Positions 44,859 to 54,595 of a DNA stretch of 58,053 bases are shown in pieces. The stretch is from positions 1 through 58,053 of the forward strand of contig JAAYMI010000011.1 in assembly GCA_012521465.1 (NCBI GenBank). Reading direction: 5' to 3'. The position numbers were made by a program, and so were the translations under genes. This DNA is from Bacillota bacterium. GTDB lineage: Bacteria; Bacillota; Limnochordia; Darwinibacteriales; Darwinibacteriaceae. The notes below the pieces were generated by a model. It worked only from the letters and a program-made list of their open reading frames with translations, had not been told where the DNA came from and searched no databases. Position 1 is the stretch's first letter, and every line of letters starts with the position of its first letter.

Positions 44859-46196
44859 TTAGAGCCTTTCCACACCCTCCCGCGTCACTCGCGCGTGAAT
44901 CAAGGGAGGCACCTGCACGGGTTCTGGACCGATCTCGACTGCTCCCTTGAGCTTGAGTTCTGCTGCAGGAAGCAGACTTGGATCAGAAGTATACAATTTC
45001 GCAATGGTTTCACCCGCTGCGACGCGGCTGCCCAAGTTTGCCTCCAAGACAATACCTGCGGAGCAATCAATCTCATCTCCCAGTTTCTGGCGTCCAGCAC
45101 CTAGAAGCACCGATGCCAGTCCACACTCTTCGGTGTTGATCCTGCTGACCCAACCATCGTGCTCCACCTTTACCTCTTTGACGACCGGTGCCTCGGGAAA
45201 TAAACTGGGGTCGTCAATTACGCGGACGTCGCCGTCCTGAGCTTGCACCATGTCCCTAAGCTTCGCCAAAGCGCGGCCCGACTCAACGGCCGCTTGGGCC
45301 AAAGCCATACACTCAACCAAACTGCCTTTACCTGCCAGATAAAGCATGTTAGCAGCAAGGTGCAGGCAGACTTCCGTGAGGTCTCCTGGCCCATTTCCCT
45401 GTAGGGTGGCAATGGCCTCCTTTACTTCCAAGGCGTTGCCGATCGCCCGACCTAAGGGGCGATCCATATCAGTAATCAAGGCTAGAGTCCGTCTTCCCAT
45501 ATGTTCGCCGATGGAAACCATGGCCTGGGCAAGGGCAATTGCATCGTCGAGCGTCTTCATAAACGCGCCGCTGCCCGTTTTTACATCTAGAACGATCGCG
45601 TCGGATCCAGCGGCTAGCTTTTTGCTCATGATGCTGGAAGCAATAAGCGAGATATTATCTACCGTAGCAGTCACGTCCCGCAGGGCATACAGTTTCTTGT
45701 CTGCCGGTACGAGGTTGCCCGTTTGGCCGACCACGCTCAGGCCGATATCTCTCACATTTTGCAGGAAGCGTTCGGTGGAAAGCGCAGTGCAAAAACCGGG
45801 AATAGATTCCAGTTTGTCGATTGTTCCGCCGGTGTGACCCAAACCGCGGCCCGACATTTTTGCAACTGGTATCCCGCAGGACGCTACGATGGGGCCGATC
45901 ACCAGCGTTGTCTTGTCTCCGACGCCGCCGGTGCTGTGTTTATCCACTTTGATTCCGGGAATGCTGGACAGATCAACAACGTCTCCCGACTCCATCATGG
46001 CCTGAGTCAGTTCAGCTGTTTCCTCCTCGCTCATTCCCTGAAAACAGATAGCCATCAACAGCGCCGCTGCTTGGTAATCGGGGATGCGGCCAGAGGTGTA
46101 TCCTTCCACGAAAAACCTGATTTCCTCACGAGTGAGTGCTTCTCCGTGCTTCTTCTTACTGATGATCTCCACCATTCCCAGCCGTACTGCACCCAT
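44859..46196 (-). CDS. pdp: pyrimidine-nucleoside (thymidine) phosphorylase
   Basis: ORF 44859..46214. KKKHGEALTREEIRFFVEGY, DKHSTGGVGDKTTL, SGRGLGHTGGTIDKLE. ATG 46196 with GGAGGTGGG 7 nt upstream is preferred. Confidence 0.9.
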   Translation of the reverse strand: MGAVRLGMVEIISKKKHGEALTREEIRFFVEGYTSGRIPDYQAAALLMAICFQGMSEEETAELTQAMMESGDVVDLSSIPGIKVDKHSTGGVGDKTTLVIGPIVASCGIPVAKMSGRGLGHTGGTIDKLESIPGFCTALSTERFLQNVRDIGLSVVGQTGNLVPADKKLYALRDVTATVDNISLIASSIMSKKLAAGSDAIVLDVKTGSGAFMKTLDDAIALAQAMVSIGEHMGRRTLALITDMDRPLGRAIGNALEVKEAIATLQGNGPGDLTEVCLHLAANMLYLAGKGSLVECMALAQAAVESGRALAKLRDMVQAQDGDVRVIDDPSLFPEAPVVKEVKVEHDGWVSRINTEECGLASVLLGAGRQKLGDEIDCSAGIVLEANLGSRVAAGETIAKLYTSDPSLLPAAELKLKGAVEIGPEPVQVPPLIHARVTREGVERL

Positions 46197-46227
46197 GTCA
46201 AATCCCACCTCCACTGGTCACAAGCAC

Positions 46228-48072
46228 CTAAATCCGAAAACCTTCAGTGAGCTTCATCAACAGCTCCGCCTGTTGAGCTAATTCGTTGGCCGATGTGGTG
46301 ATCTCCTGCAGGGTTGCAGCCTGTTCCTCCGTAGCGGCAGCCATTTCTTGTGAACCACTGCTCAGCTCCAAAGCATAAGCCGCCACTTCGCGGATGCGGT
46401 TGCTGATGCCCACAATTCCCTGGCCAATCTTGGCAAACGTCTCTCCCGCAGTCTGCACCCTCTGCGAGCCATTCTTCACCTCAACAATGCTCTCGTTGGC
46501 CCCGCTCATCACCTGCCGGATCTTAAGATCCACTTCCCGCAGCAGGCTGCCGATCTGCTCGGTAGCTGCCACAGACTGCTCTGCCAGGCTGCGCACTTCT
46601 TCTGCAACCACGGCAAAGCCTCTCCCCTGCTCGCCGGCGCGTGCCGCCTCAATGGCAGCGTTTAAGGCTAAGAGGTTGGTCTGGTCGGAGATGCTGCGGA
46701 TCATATCTGTGATTTTGCCAATCTCTGATGACTTGACGCTGAGCTCTTCAACGCTCTGGTGGAGATTGCCAATGGTCACCTCAATACTCCCCATCTGGTT
46801 TACCGCCTGAAGGATCACTTCTTCTCCTTGCCTGGAAATCTCCCTTATGGCAGCCCCTTCCTCATCTATGGACTGGACATGATCACTGGTTCTTTGGACC
46901 GAACCGGCAAACTCGCTGGTTGTGGCAGCCATCTGCTCTGTGGAAGCACTGATCTCCTGGCTCGAACGGAAAACGGCCCGGCTGAGCTCAGCGGTGGCAT
47001 GGCTGGCGGCTTGCACTTCGCCGATCAGCCGGCCCAGGTCTTGCTGCAGCTTTCTAAAGGTCTCCGCAAGAGTACCCAGCTCATCATTCTTCTTCAAGGT
47101 GATTGCGGTCGTGAAGTCCCCGTGCCCGATCTTTTCCGCTGCAGCTGCTAAGCTGAACACTGGTTTGATAAGCAGCTCATTGGAAAACACTGATCCCAAG
47201 AGAAAGGCGACCACCAAGAGCACAGCGCCGATCAGCAGAGCCCGCCGCAAGTTTGCTCGGATATAGGTGTTTGCCTCAGCATACGAACCCAGCGCTCCTA
47301 AGGACCAGCCGGTGCGCTCAACTGTGGAGAAAGCAGCAAACATCCTTTTGTCCGCTTCTTGGTAATCAAACTCGCCGGAAGCAACACCAAGCACCCGCTC
47401 TGCCACCTCGGTGCCAAGCATTGACTGGCCAATTACCTGTTCGTTAGGGTGGGCTAGGACCTGCCCATGGCTATCCATGAGGACGAGATAACCTTCTGAC
47501 CCGACGTTGCGGCTGGCAATCAAATTGGACAAGCGCTCCAAAGTCACATCGATCCCCAACACACGGACAAGTTCGCTCTGGTTCGTGCCATATACAGGCA
47601 GAGCAACAGTTACCACCAGTTTGCCACTGCCTGTATCTACGTAGGGTTCGGTTCACGTAATTCTACGTGCCTGCACGGCTTGCGCATACCAGGGACGATT
47701 CCGCGGGTCAAAGTCAGGCGGCAGTCCACCAGGTGCAGGTGGGTAAACATAGAACGCCCCGGTGTTGGTACCGAAAAAGGCGTTTTCAATGTCATCGTGG
47801 GACTCGCGGTAGGCCTGAAATGCAGTAAGGATCTCTTCCCCAGTCTCAGTCGTAATGAGTCTGCTCAACATTACAGCAGCTTCTTCCACCGACTTCAAAA
47901 AACCGTCTGCTACATCTACTCCGCTCTGCAGGGCATCACGGGTGGTAGCCCGCATCATGTCTCCGATCATGTTCCGGGTGGCACGGTAGTTGTCAAGACT
48001 CAAAATCAAGACGGGTGCAATGATCAGCACAAAAACCATAAGCAGCATCTTCCAGCGAAGCGACAATTTCAT
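46228..48072 (-). pseudogene. methyl-accepting chemotaxis protein (TM, dCache-like sensor, TM, HAMP, MA domain) interrupted by one in-frame TGA at 47653-47655
   Basis: ORFs 47653..48072 and 46228..47616 are in the same frame (1845 nt in total). My read-through gives ...[36 protein letters not shown]..., contiguous across a Cache motif. The downstream part has [15 protein letters not shown] (TM2), a HAMP region and the signalling domain ([29 protein letters not shown]). Confidence 0.75.
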
Positions 48073-48226
48073 TCATCACACCTCCCGATGAGGGACTATG
48101 GGTGGTGTTAGATTCTTCGCTTTTCATAAAAATCCTTCAACTTAGTTACTATATGCCGCGTTTATCTCAAAGGAGGGGCGCGAAAACACAAAAGCAGCTT
48201 ATTTTCTTGAGAGTCTCCCTTGTGAC

Positions 48227-49294
48227 CTATCCCTCCTTACCGCCGCTTTCCGCTAAGAGGGATGAAAGATCAATGAAGGGCAGCGCACCATAGCGACCTT
48301 TGAAGTAATTCGTCAGGTAGTTGTGTCCACTTCTAACCTCTGTGGACCCGAAGTCCGCCAATGAATATATATAACTTCCACAAATGTCCGCGCTCTTCTC
48401 AACGAAACGAATCTGATCTCTGCGAAGTATGCCTCGATCGAGATAGATGGGGTTATGCGTCGTAAAGATCAACTGCGCTCCTGCCCTATCCACGTCTGGA
48501 TCGTTAAACAACTGCAGAATCTCCTTGATCAGCTCAGGGTGTATGCTCGAGTCAAACTCGTCCAGAACATCGTTCCAGACCATATAATCTTCCCTGCTGA
48601 CCTCAGAATCCAGCAGCACTCGCCGCCTCTTGGTGACGAAGTCGGTGACCACGAGCAATCGATCCCTGAAAAAGCTAATAACGGCATCGGCCAAATCATT
48701 GTTGATAGTGTTCTTAAAGGCGCGTGACAAGAACAACTCGGTACTGTCTAGATTGGCATTAATCCGCTTTTCAAACGTATCCACCAATGCACTGTCCAGT
48801 CCCATCATGCGTAGTGCCTTTTTTTCCCGTGAAAGTGTGACTCTGTTGAACTCGCGAGTAAAGAAGGCAACGTGTTCCTTCTTGTCCACGCAGCTCAGAC
48901 CCTCAGAAGCGATCCGCTCGTTACCCTTTTGCAGGAAATCACAGTCAACTGCAAGTCTATAGATGAGCCTGAAATCATTCTGAATGAAGTCGATCTCGAA
49001 GCTCATTGGATGACCCGCTTTGGCATGAGCAAAGGGCAACAGCTCCAAAGGTCTTGAGCGAGATGCCAATCTGATCGTTCCCGATAGAACAAACCTCTTC
49101 AGCACCAAGAATGACGCTATGAGATTTGATTTGCCACTTGCATTGGCTCCATAGATAACAAGAGATGGCAAGAGCCTGAGGTTTCGGCGACGGATCAATA
49201 CCTTAGACAGAGGACGTTGTGTACTAGCCTTGAGAGACAATTCGGCGGGATCGCGGAACGATTTGAAGTTGGCCACACTGTAAGGCACCAGCAT
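48227..49294 (-). CDS. orphan AAA_21/ABC-like ATPase (family common in abortive-infection and defence loci)
   Basis: ORF 48227..49294. N-terminus MLVPYSVANFKSFRD, Walker A YGANASGKSN, Walker-B-like VLDEFDSSIHPEL, FTTHNP H-loop, C-terminal RRDQIRFVEK...YFKGRYGALP. Single gene flanked by 154- and 165-bp spacers. Confidence 0.65.
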   Translation of the reverse strand: MLVPYSVANFKSFRDPAELSLKASTQRPLSKVLIRRRNLRLLPSLVIYGANASGKSNLIASFLVLKRFVLSGTIRLASRSRPLELLPFAHAKAGHPMSFEIDFIQNDFRLIYRLAVDCDFLQKGNERIASEGLSCVDKKEHVAFFTREFNRVTLSREKKALRMMGLDSALVDTFEKRINANLDSTELFLSRAFKNTINNDLADAVISFFRDRLLVVTDFVTKRRRVLLDSEVSREDYMVWNDVLDEFDSSIHPELIKEILQLFNDPDVDRAGAQLIFTTHNPIYLDRGILRRDQIRFVEKSADICGSYIYSLADFGSTEVRSGHNYLTNYFKGRYGALPFIDLSSLLAESGGKEG

Positions 49295-49459
49295 ACAATC
49301 ACCCCGGGTTCCTTATATCCAACCACACACACCCATTTTGAATAAAAACCTCAACTGCGGGACAGAACTCTGCGAGAGAACGGATGGCGGATGCTTGCGC
49401 AGGAGAAAGGCTGCACCCAGCGCCGCCCCTTGTCTCCGCGCTGTTGCTCTTGCCGCGGG

Positions 49460-50506
49460 TTATTGTGTCCAGGTCTTCACTATGTTTACAAACTCTCCGG
49501 GATTGAGCCCAATGCGTTTAGTCACTAGATAGCTGAGGAGCTGCAGCGGGACAAGATACAGCTGCGCTCCCAAAAACTCATTCATCTCCGGTAGGATCAG
49601 TTTCTGATCTGCTTCAAGCTCTGCGCCGCCTGCGGCGTCGCCAACGTACAGCACCGCAGCGCCCGCTTCCTTGCATAACTTAGCAGCCCGAATCGCCTGA
49701 TCGTGGCCCCGGCAGTCACCCGATGACAAGACGAGGACAGTGCTATCGCGGGAGATAACTTCCAATGGACCGTGCCTAAATTCCGTTGCTTCGAAGGGGA
49801 AACAGTGAATTTTGGACATCTCCCGGAGCACGTTGGCATGCTGAAGAGCAAGCGGCCAGAACGGTCCAGCTCCAATGATGTACAGAACCTTTTGACCCGC
49901 TATATGCTCAACAAATGGTTCCAGCTCGGCCTGGTACTCGTCCCTGAGCATTTCTGCGACCATCTCTGGAGCGATCTCTAAACCCTCTACCAAACCTCCG
50001 TTTCCACCGCCCTGCAAGTGGACACCTAAGCTGTAGATGGCCACACACTGCGCGAGGACGGTCTTAGTACCAGGCCCCTCCTCAACGCCTGCCCGGAGCA
50101 GAATCAAGTCGTCGCACAGCTGTGCTAGGCTGCTGTCTTCGTTGTTCGTGAGAGCAATCGTGTATACGCCCGATTTGCTCGCAGCTCGCACCGCATCTAC
50201 GGTTTCAAAGGTTTCACCCGATTGGGAAACAGCGATCAGCGCCGAGTTTTCCTTAAGCTGATTCTGATAATACCGCTGATAATCCATAGACGAAAAGGCT
50301 AGAGCCGGGATACCTGATGCTTCCTGGATAATGTACTGCGCCGCCAAGGCCACGAAGTAGGAAGAACCCACTCCCACTATGCAGATATTGTCAATATTCC
50401 TGCGAGCAACTTCCTCCACTATGCGGGGAAGTCTTTTGCCAACCTCTGCCAAGGTATCTTTGACCACCTGTGGTTCTGCCATGATGTCTGCATATACATC
50501 GATCAC
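49460..50506 (-). CDS. double-SIS protein, FrlB (fructosamine-6-P deglycase) / GlmS-isomerase-like
   Basis: ORF 49460..50506. IVGVGSSYF and AVSQSGETFETV SIS motifs; 348 aa. GTG start with a GAGGGA RBS. Confidence 0.7.
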   Translation of the reverse strand: MIDVYADIMAEPQVVKDTLAEVGKRLPRIVEEVARRNIDNICIVGVGSSYFVALAAQYIIQEASGIPALAFSSMDYQRYYQNQLKENSALIAVSQSGETFETVDAVRAASKSGVYTIALTNNEDSSLAQLCDDLILLRAGVEEGPGTKTVLAQCVAIYSLGVHLQGGGNGGLVEGLEIAPEMVAEMLRDEYQAELEPFVEHIAGQKVLYIIGAGPFWPLALQHANVLREMSKIHCFPFEATEFRHGPLEVISRDSTVLVLSSGDCRGHDQAIRAAKLCKEAGAAVLYVGDAAGGAELEADQKLILPEMNEFLGAQLYLVPLQLLSYLVTKRIGLNPGEFVNIVKTWTQ

Positions 50507-50537
50507 TTCTTATCCCTCTTTTCCTCCTAATTTAAGC

Positions 50538-51512
50538 CTACGGCAGCCTTGAGCCGTGCTCCAGCAAATGCCGGACTTCCGCAGCGCTTGGATAGCGGTC
50601 ATTCATGCGGGAGATAGCAATCGCCGCAGCAGCATTGGCAAAGGCGAGGCAGCGCTCCAGGTCCCAACCGCTGCTTAAGCCGTAAATCAGCCCAGCGTTA
50701 AAGGTATCACCTGCACCGGTCGTATCCACCGCCTTCACTCTGTAAGCAGGCTCCTGAATGATCGAGTCTGCGCCGCGTCCCATGGCCCAGGAGCCCCTTG
50801 CTCCGTCCTTCAGAACAACCAACTCAGGGCCGAGCTTCAGCAAGCAGGCCAAAACCTCCTCTGCTTCACTTTTACCGGATACAGCACAGGCTTCATCCCA
50901 ATTTGGTACGAAAACGTCTACCCATTTGAGAAGTCCACGAATTCCCTGCACGCTCTCATCTGTCCAGCCCGCGGGGTCGTCGCCCGAGTCAAACATTGTC
51001 TTGCATCTCCGTTCTCTGCATGTCTGAAGTATCCGCACCGCACCGGCAAAATCAATCTTGGGAAGCAGGAACAATCCGGAGAACAAGGCATACCCCCCAC
51101 TTGGGCCCTCCGGAATCCTGGCTATGATCTCTTCTACCGTGAGTTCCTCCAGGTGTCCACAGAAAGTGACGAATGCTCTTTCCGAATTGGTCCCAATTAG
51201 AGTAACGCTGACTCCTGTAGCCGCTTGTGATACAAACGCGTTCCCAGTATCCACATGGTGGGCTGCGAGAGCATCCAAGAGCAGGCGGCCGTAATGGTCG
51301 CTGCCTACATTGCCTACAACGATGGGATGCAAGCCCAGCCTGCCGAGGGCCATAGCGGTATAGCCTGCAGATCCCGCCGCCCGCGGCCACATGCTCCTCA
51401 CGGTCCGTTCTTGACCCCACTCGGGCAGAACCTCGAGGGGATAGCAGAGCAGATCAATATTGAGATTTCCCAGTACAACAACCTGCCCCGATCCTGCCAA
51501 ATCCGTATCCAC
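50538..51512 (-). CDS. PfkB-family sugar/ketosamine kinase
   Basis: ORF 50538..51512. VVVLGNLNIDL start and VDTTGAGDTFNAG signature. GTG start with GGAGG 7 nt upstream. Confidence 0.8.
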   Translation of the reverse strand: MDTDLAGSGQVVVLGNLNIDLLCYPLEVLPEWGQERTVRSMWPRAAGSAGYTAMALGRLGLHPIVVGNVGSDHYGRLLLDALAAHHVDTGNAFVSQAATGVSVTLIGTNSERAFVTFCGHLEELTVEEIIARIPEGPSGGYALFSGLFLLPKIDFAGAVRILQTCRERRCKTMFDSGDDPAGWTDESVQGIRGLLKWVDVFVPNWDEACAVSGKSEAEEVLACLLKLGPELVVLKDGARGSWAMGRGADSIIQEPAYRVKAVDTTGAGDTFNAGLIYGLSSGWDLERCLAFANAAAAIAISRMNDRYPSAAEVRHLLEHGSRLP

Positions 51513-51729
51513 TCCCGTACCTCCTACAAATCTACCTCTTTAGGTCAACGAAGTAGCAATATTTATCTGCCCGTATCACTCATACGGTGATATGGGTTCG
51601 AGATTGTACTTCGTGACCGGGACCCCATTCTCCCTTACGGATTTTGCCGTTCCAGCCGCGCCAGCAGGGACTTCAGGCCTAAAGCACGAAGATCCCCGCC
51701 ATACAAACGAAGAGGCGGAGATATTTGAG

Positions 51730-52371
51730 ATGGAAGAGAAACACTATTTCGTGTACGGCGAGGCGGAACTTGCATACCTGCGAGCAAGAGACGCAAAGCT
51801 GGGGGCAGCCATTGACCGGATTGGAATGATTAAGCGCGCGGTACAGCCAGATTTATTCCAGGCTTTAGTGAAAGCCATCGTGGGTCAGCAGATTTCCGGC
51901 AAAGCGCAGGCCGCCATTTGGGGCCGCATGCAGGAACGTTTCTATCCCATTACTCCAGAGAATCTGGGGCGTGCTGCCCTGGAGGAACTGCAGGGCTGCG
52001 GCCTGTCCTGGCGCAAAGCCGGATACATAAAAGACATTACCCAAGCCATCCTCGCTAGTGAACTTGATCTCGATGACCTGAAAGACATGCCTGATGACGA
52101 AGTGTGCGCGCGGTTGATCAAGCTGAAAGGGATCGGGCAGTGGACAGCAGAGATGCTCCTCATCTTTTCCCTACAGCGTCCAGATGTGGTAAGCTTCGGC
52201 GACTTGGCCATTCAGCGTGGCATGCGCATGCTCTACCGCCACCGCCAAATTACACCGAAACTGTTCAATAGATATCGCAGGCGTTACTCGCCCCATGGTA
52301 CGGTGGCCAGTCTCTATCTCTGGGCGATTGCCGGCGGGGCACTGCCGGAACTGACTGATCCCGCAAGATGA
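51730..52371 (+). CDS. DNA-3-methyladenine glycosylase II-like (HhH-GPD superfamily)
   Basis: ORF 51592..52371. LIKLKGIGQWTAEMLLIFSL...FGDLAIQRG is the HhH-GPD motif. ATG 51730 (MEEKHYF...) with GGCGGAG upstream is preferred. Confidence 0.8.
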   Translation: MEEKHYFVYGEAELAYLRARDAKLGAAIDRIGMIKRAVQPDLFQALVKAIVGQQISGKAQAAIWGRMQERFYPITPENLGRAALEELQGCGLSWRKAGYIKDITQAILASELDLDDLKDMPDDEVCARLIKLKGIGQWTAEMLLIFSLQRPDVVSFGDLAIQRGMRMLYRHRQITPKLFNRYRRRYSPHGTVASLYLWAIAGGALPELTDPAR

Positions 52372-53324
52372 TTCCTGACGGCCCAATAGTGACCATACAA
52401 GCTGGCTTCTTCGCCTAACGTGCTGATAAGGATGTTCGCCGTGTTTGCACCAGCAAAAACATTGGCGTCTACCGTTTTCTTAATCTTGTCAATGAGGAAC
52501 GGAGGACTGTTGATGATCACTCCGCCGTTCAAGATAACCAATTCAGGATCTAGCAGCAAGATAACATCGGCGATGACCAGTCCCAAGTTGTGGCCAATTT
52601 CATTCAAGATATCAATGCACAGCTGATCATTGGCATGAGCTCCCTTGATAATCTCGAACGAGGATATGACCTCACCACGCTGCACAGCGTCACATAGACG
52701 TGATGAGCCGTATTCTCCCGACGCACATTTCTTTCTCAACAGCTCCTCCATGTACCCACCGCACACGTAGGTCTCTACACAGCCGCTTTTGCCGCAGCCA
52801 CAAGGCCTCCCGCCTTCACGAAATGTCATGTGGCCAATTGCACCGGCAAGATTATTCGCACCCCCGTATAAGCTGCCGCTCAGGAACATACCCATGCCAA
52901 GGCCGGTACCGACACAGATATTCACAAAATGTGAGGCATGCTTGGCTGCGCCAAACATCTTTTCCCCCAGCAAGCTGGCGTAAACATCCGTGAGCAAACA
53001 GACGGGGATATTGTTCATCTCTGCTTCGAGGACGAGCTTTACTCTCTGATCAACCCACTGAGGCAGGTTGGCTGCCTTTTGGATGATATCGGTTTGCTCG
53101 TCGTACAGCACCGGTAAACCTAACCCCATCCCACAGATGACCTGGTCGGGAGAGGACCCGCCAAAGCACTGAGCGATGCGGCGCTTGATCTCTTTCACGT
53201 TTTCACGGAAGCTGTGTTTGTTGGTGGGAAACTTGAGCTTGTGCCGCAAGTTCGCATCCCCATCAAAGATCCCCATCACCGTACTTGTGGCGCCGATATC
53301 TACTGACAAGATATGCCCAGCCAA
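52314..53324 (-). CDS. ROK-family sugar kinase
   Basis: ORF 52314..53390. ILSVDIGATSTV, AGAIGHMTF, CGCGKSGCVE. TTG 53324 (GGGAGGG about 9 nt upstream) is preferred over 53390. The 3' end overlaps the convergent glycosylase gene by 58 nt. Confidence 0.75.
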   Translation of the reverse strand: MAGHILSVDIGATSTVMGIFDGDANLRHKLKFPTNKHSFRENVKEIKRRIAQCFGGSSPDQVICGMGLGLPVLYDEQTDIIQKAANLPQWVDQRVKLVLEAEMNNIPVCLLTDVYASLLGEKMFGAAKHASHFVNICVGTGLGMGMFLSGSLYGGANNLAGAIGHMTFREGGRPCGCGKSGCVETYVCGGYMEELLRKKCASGEYGSSRLCDAVQRGEVISSFEIIKGAHANDQLCIDILNEIGHNLGLVIADVILLLDPELVILNGGVIINSPPFLIDKIKKTVDANVFAGANTANILISTLGEEASLYGHYWAVRNHLAGSVSSGSAPPAIAQR

Positions 53325-53422
53325 GGTATTCCACCCTCCCAAAACGAATCGCGCCTCCCTGGCACCCGCAGAGGTGCGCACGAACACCATGCAACTTCAC
53401 CGCCAGCTTGAGCGGTTCTAGC

Positions 53423-54595
53423 TCACGCTCCATAGTGGACCCTGCCATTTGTGAGGCAGAGTTTGACTTGATAATCGGGCCCGAGAACGGTAATATCCGC
53501 ATCTTTGCCTGGTTCCAGGCTCCCTTTTCGGTCGAATACGCCAGCAACTTTGGCGGGAACTTCAGCTGTCAGCTTAACAGCGTTTTCGATGGATACTCCT
53601 AGTGCGTCAATGAGGTTCTTAAAGGCATGTTTCATGAAAAAGGTGCTGCCGGCGATGGTTCCATCAGAAAGGGTGCTCAGCCCGCGTTCATCAACGGTAA
53701 TTTGCCGGCCAGCAAAGTCATAGACACCCGGGCTTAGGCCTGCAGCTACAATAGCATCGGATATCATATAAACGTGGTCAAGGCCCTTGCTCTGCAGAAC
53801 TAGCTGGATTGCCGCGGGATGTACGTGAAACAGGTCTCCTATGATCTCGCAGACTACATCTCCACTGGTTAGATACGCGCCTACTGCTCCGGGATTGCGG
53901 TGGTGAAGCCCCTGCATAGCATTATACATATGGGTTACTACAGAAATGCCTGCTCTGATACCTGCCATTGTTGCTTCATAGCTCGCGGCTGTATGCCCGC
54001 CTGACACGAGGAATCCCCTGCTGCTCAAAGCACGAATGAGATCTAGTGCCCCCTCGATCTCTGGGGCAATGGTCACTCGCCGCAAATACCCACCGCAAGC
54101 TTCCTCAAGTTCCTGCATAACCTCCCATGAGCAGTCTAGAAGTGTTTCCGGTAAGAAGGCCCCCTTTTGCCGCACATTTAGGAATGGCCCTTCCAGATGG
54201 ATGCCTAAGATCTCCGCTCCTTCCCCCTCTTGCTGCGCCTCAACAGCCGCCGCAATACCCCGTATAGAAGCAAGCATTTGTTCTTTCGCGACCGTGTCTG
54301 TCGTGGCAAAGAACGACGTGGTGCCCTGTTGCGCCAAGAACTCCGCTAAGCCGATCACGCTGTCTGCCCCGTTCATCACATCATGGCCGCCGCCACCGTG
54401 GACGTGCAGGTCAACGAAACCGGGGACGACTAAGTCATCACCTAACTCCAGTACCTCGCAGTCCGAGTACTCACGGTCATCTGTTAATCCCTCAGTTAGT
54501 TGGGCGATTTTCCCACTGCGTATCCTGAGGCATCCACTGATGATCCCATTTGGTGTTACTATTCGGCTGCTTCTCAGCTTCAAATCCACTGTCAC
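53423..54595 (-). CDS. nagA: N-acetylglucosamine-6-phosphate deacetylase
   Basis: ORF 53423..54595. PGFVDLHVHGGGGHD, GIHLEGPF, VSGGHTAA, THMYNAM motifs. GTGA overlap with the upstream gene. Confidence 0.88.
   Translation of the reverse strand: MTVDLKLRSSRIVTPNGIISGCLRIRSGKIAQLTEGLTDDREYSDCEVLELGDDLVVPGFVDLHVHGGGGHDVMNGADSVIGLAEFLAQQGTTSFFATTDTVAKEQMLASIRGIAAAVEAQQEGEGAEILGIHLEGPFLNVRQKGAFLPETLLDCSWEVMQELEEACGGYLRRVTIAPEIEGALDLIRALSSRGFLVSGGHTAASYEATMAGIRAGISVVTHMYNAMQGLHHRNPGAVGAYLTSGDVVCEIIGDLFHVHPAAIQLVLQSKGLDHVYMISDAIVAAGLSPGVYDFAGRQITVDERGLSTLSDGTIAGSTFFMKHAFKNLIDALGVSIENAVKLTAEVPAKVAGVFDRKGSLEPGKDADITVLGPDYQVKLCLTNGRVHYGA

Noticed and set aside
47653-47655. The in-frame TGA in the chemoreceptor gene as selenocysteine or as a sign of a TGA=Trp genetic code
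   Set aside because: TGA is used as an ordinary terminator by neighbouring genes (for example 2201..3178 ends in TGA, and several GTGA/ATGA stop-start overlaps exist). A Cache-domain position has no reason to hold selenocysteine. I saw no obvious SECIS-like hairpin immediately downstream.
52314-52371. 58-nt convergent overlap of the ROK kinase and the DNA-glycosylase genes as a regulatory antisense arrangement
   Set aside because: The ROK tail after its last conserved block (…SLYGHYWAV) looks like a fortuitous extension to the next available stop. I have no evidence for function.
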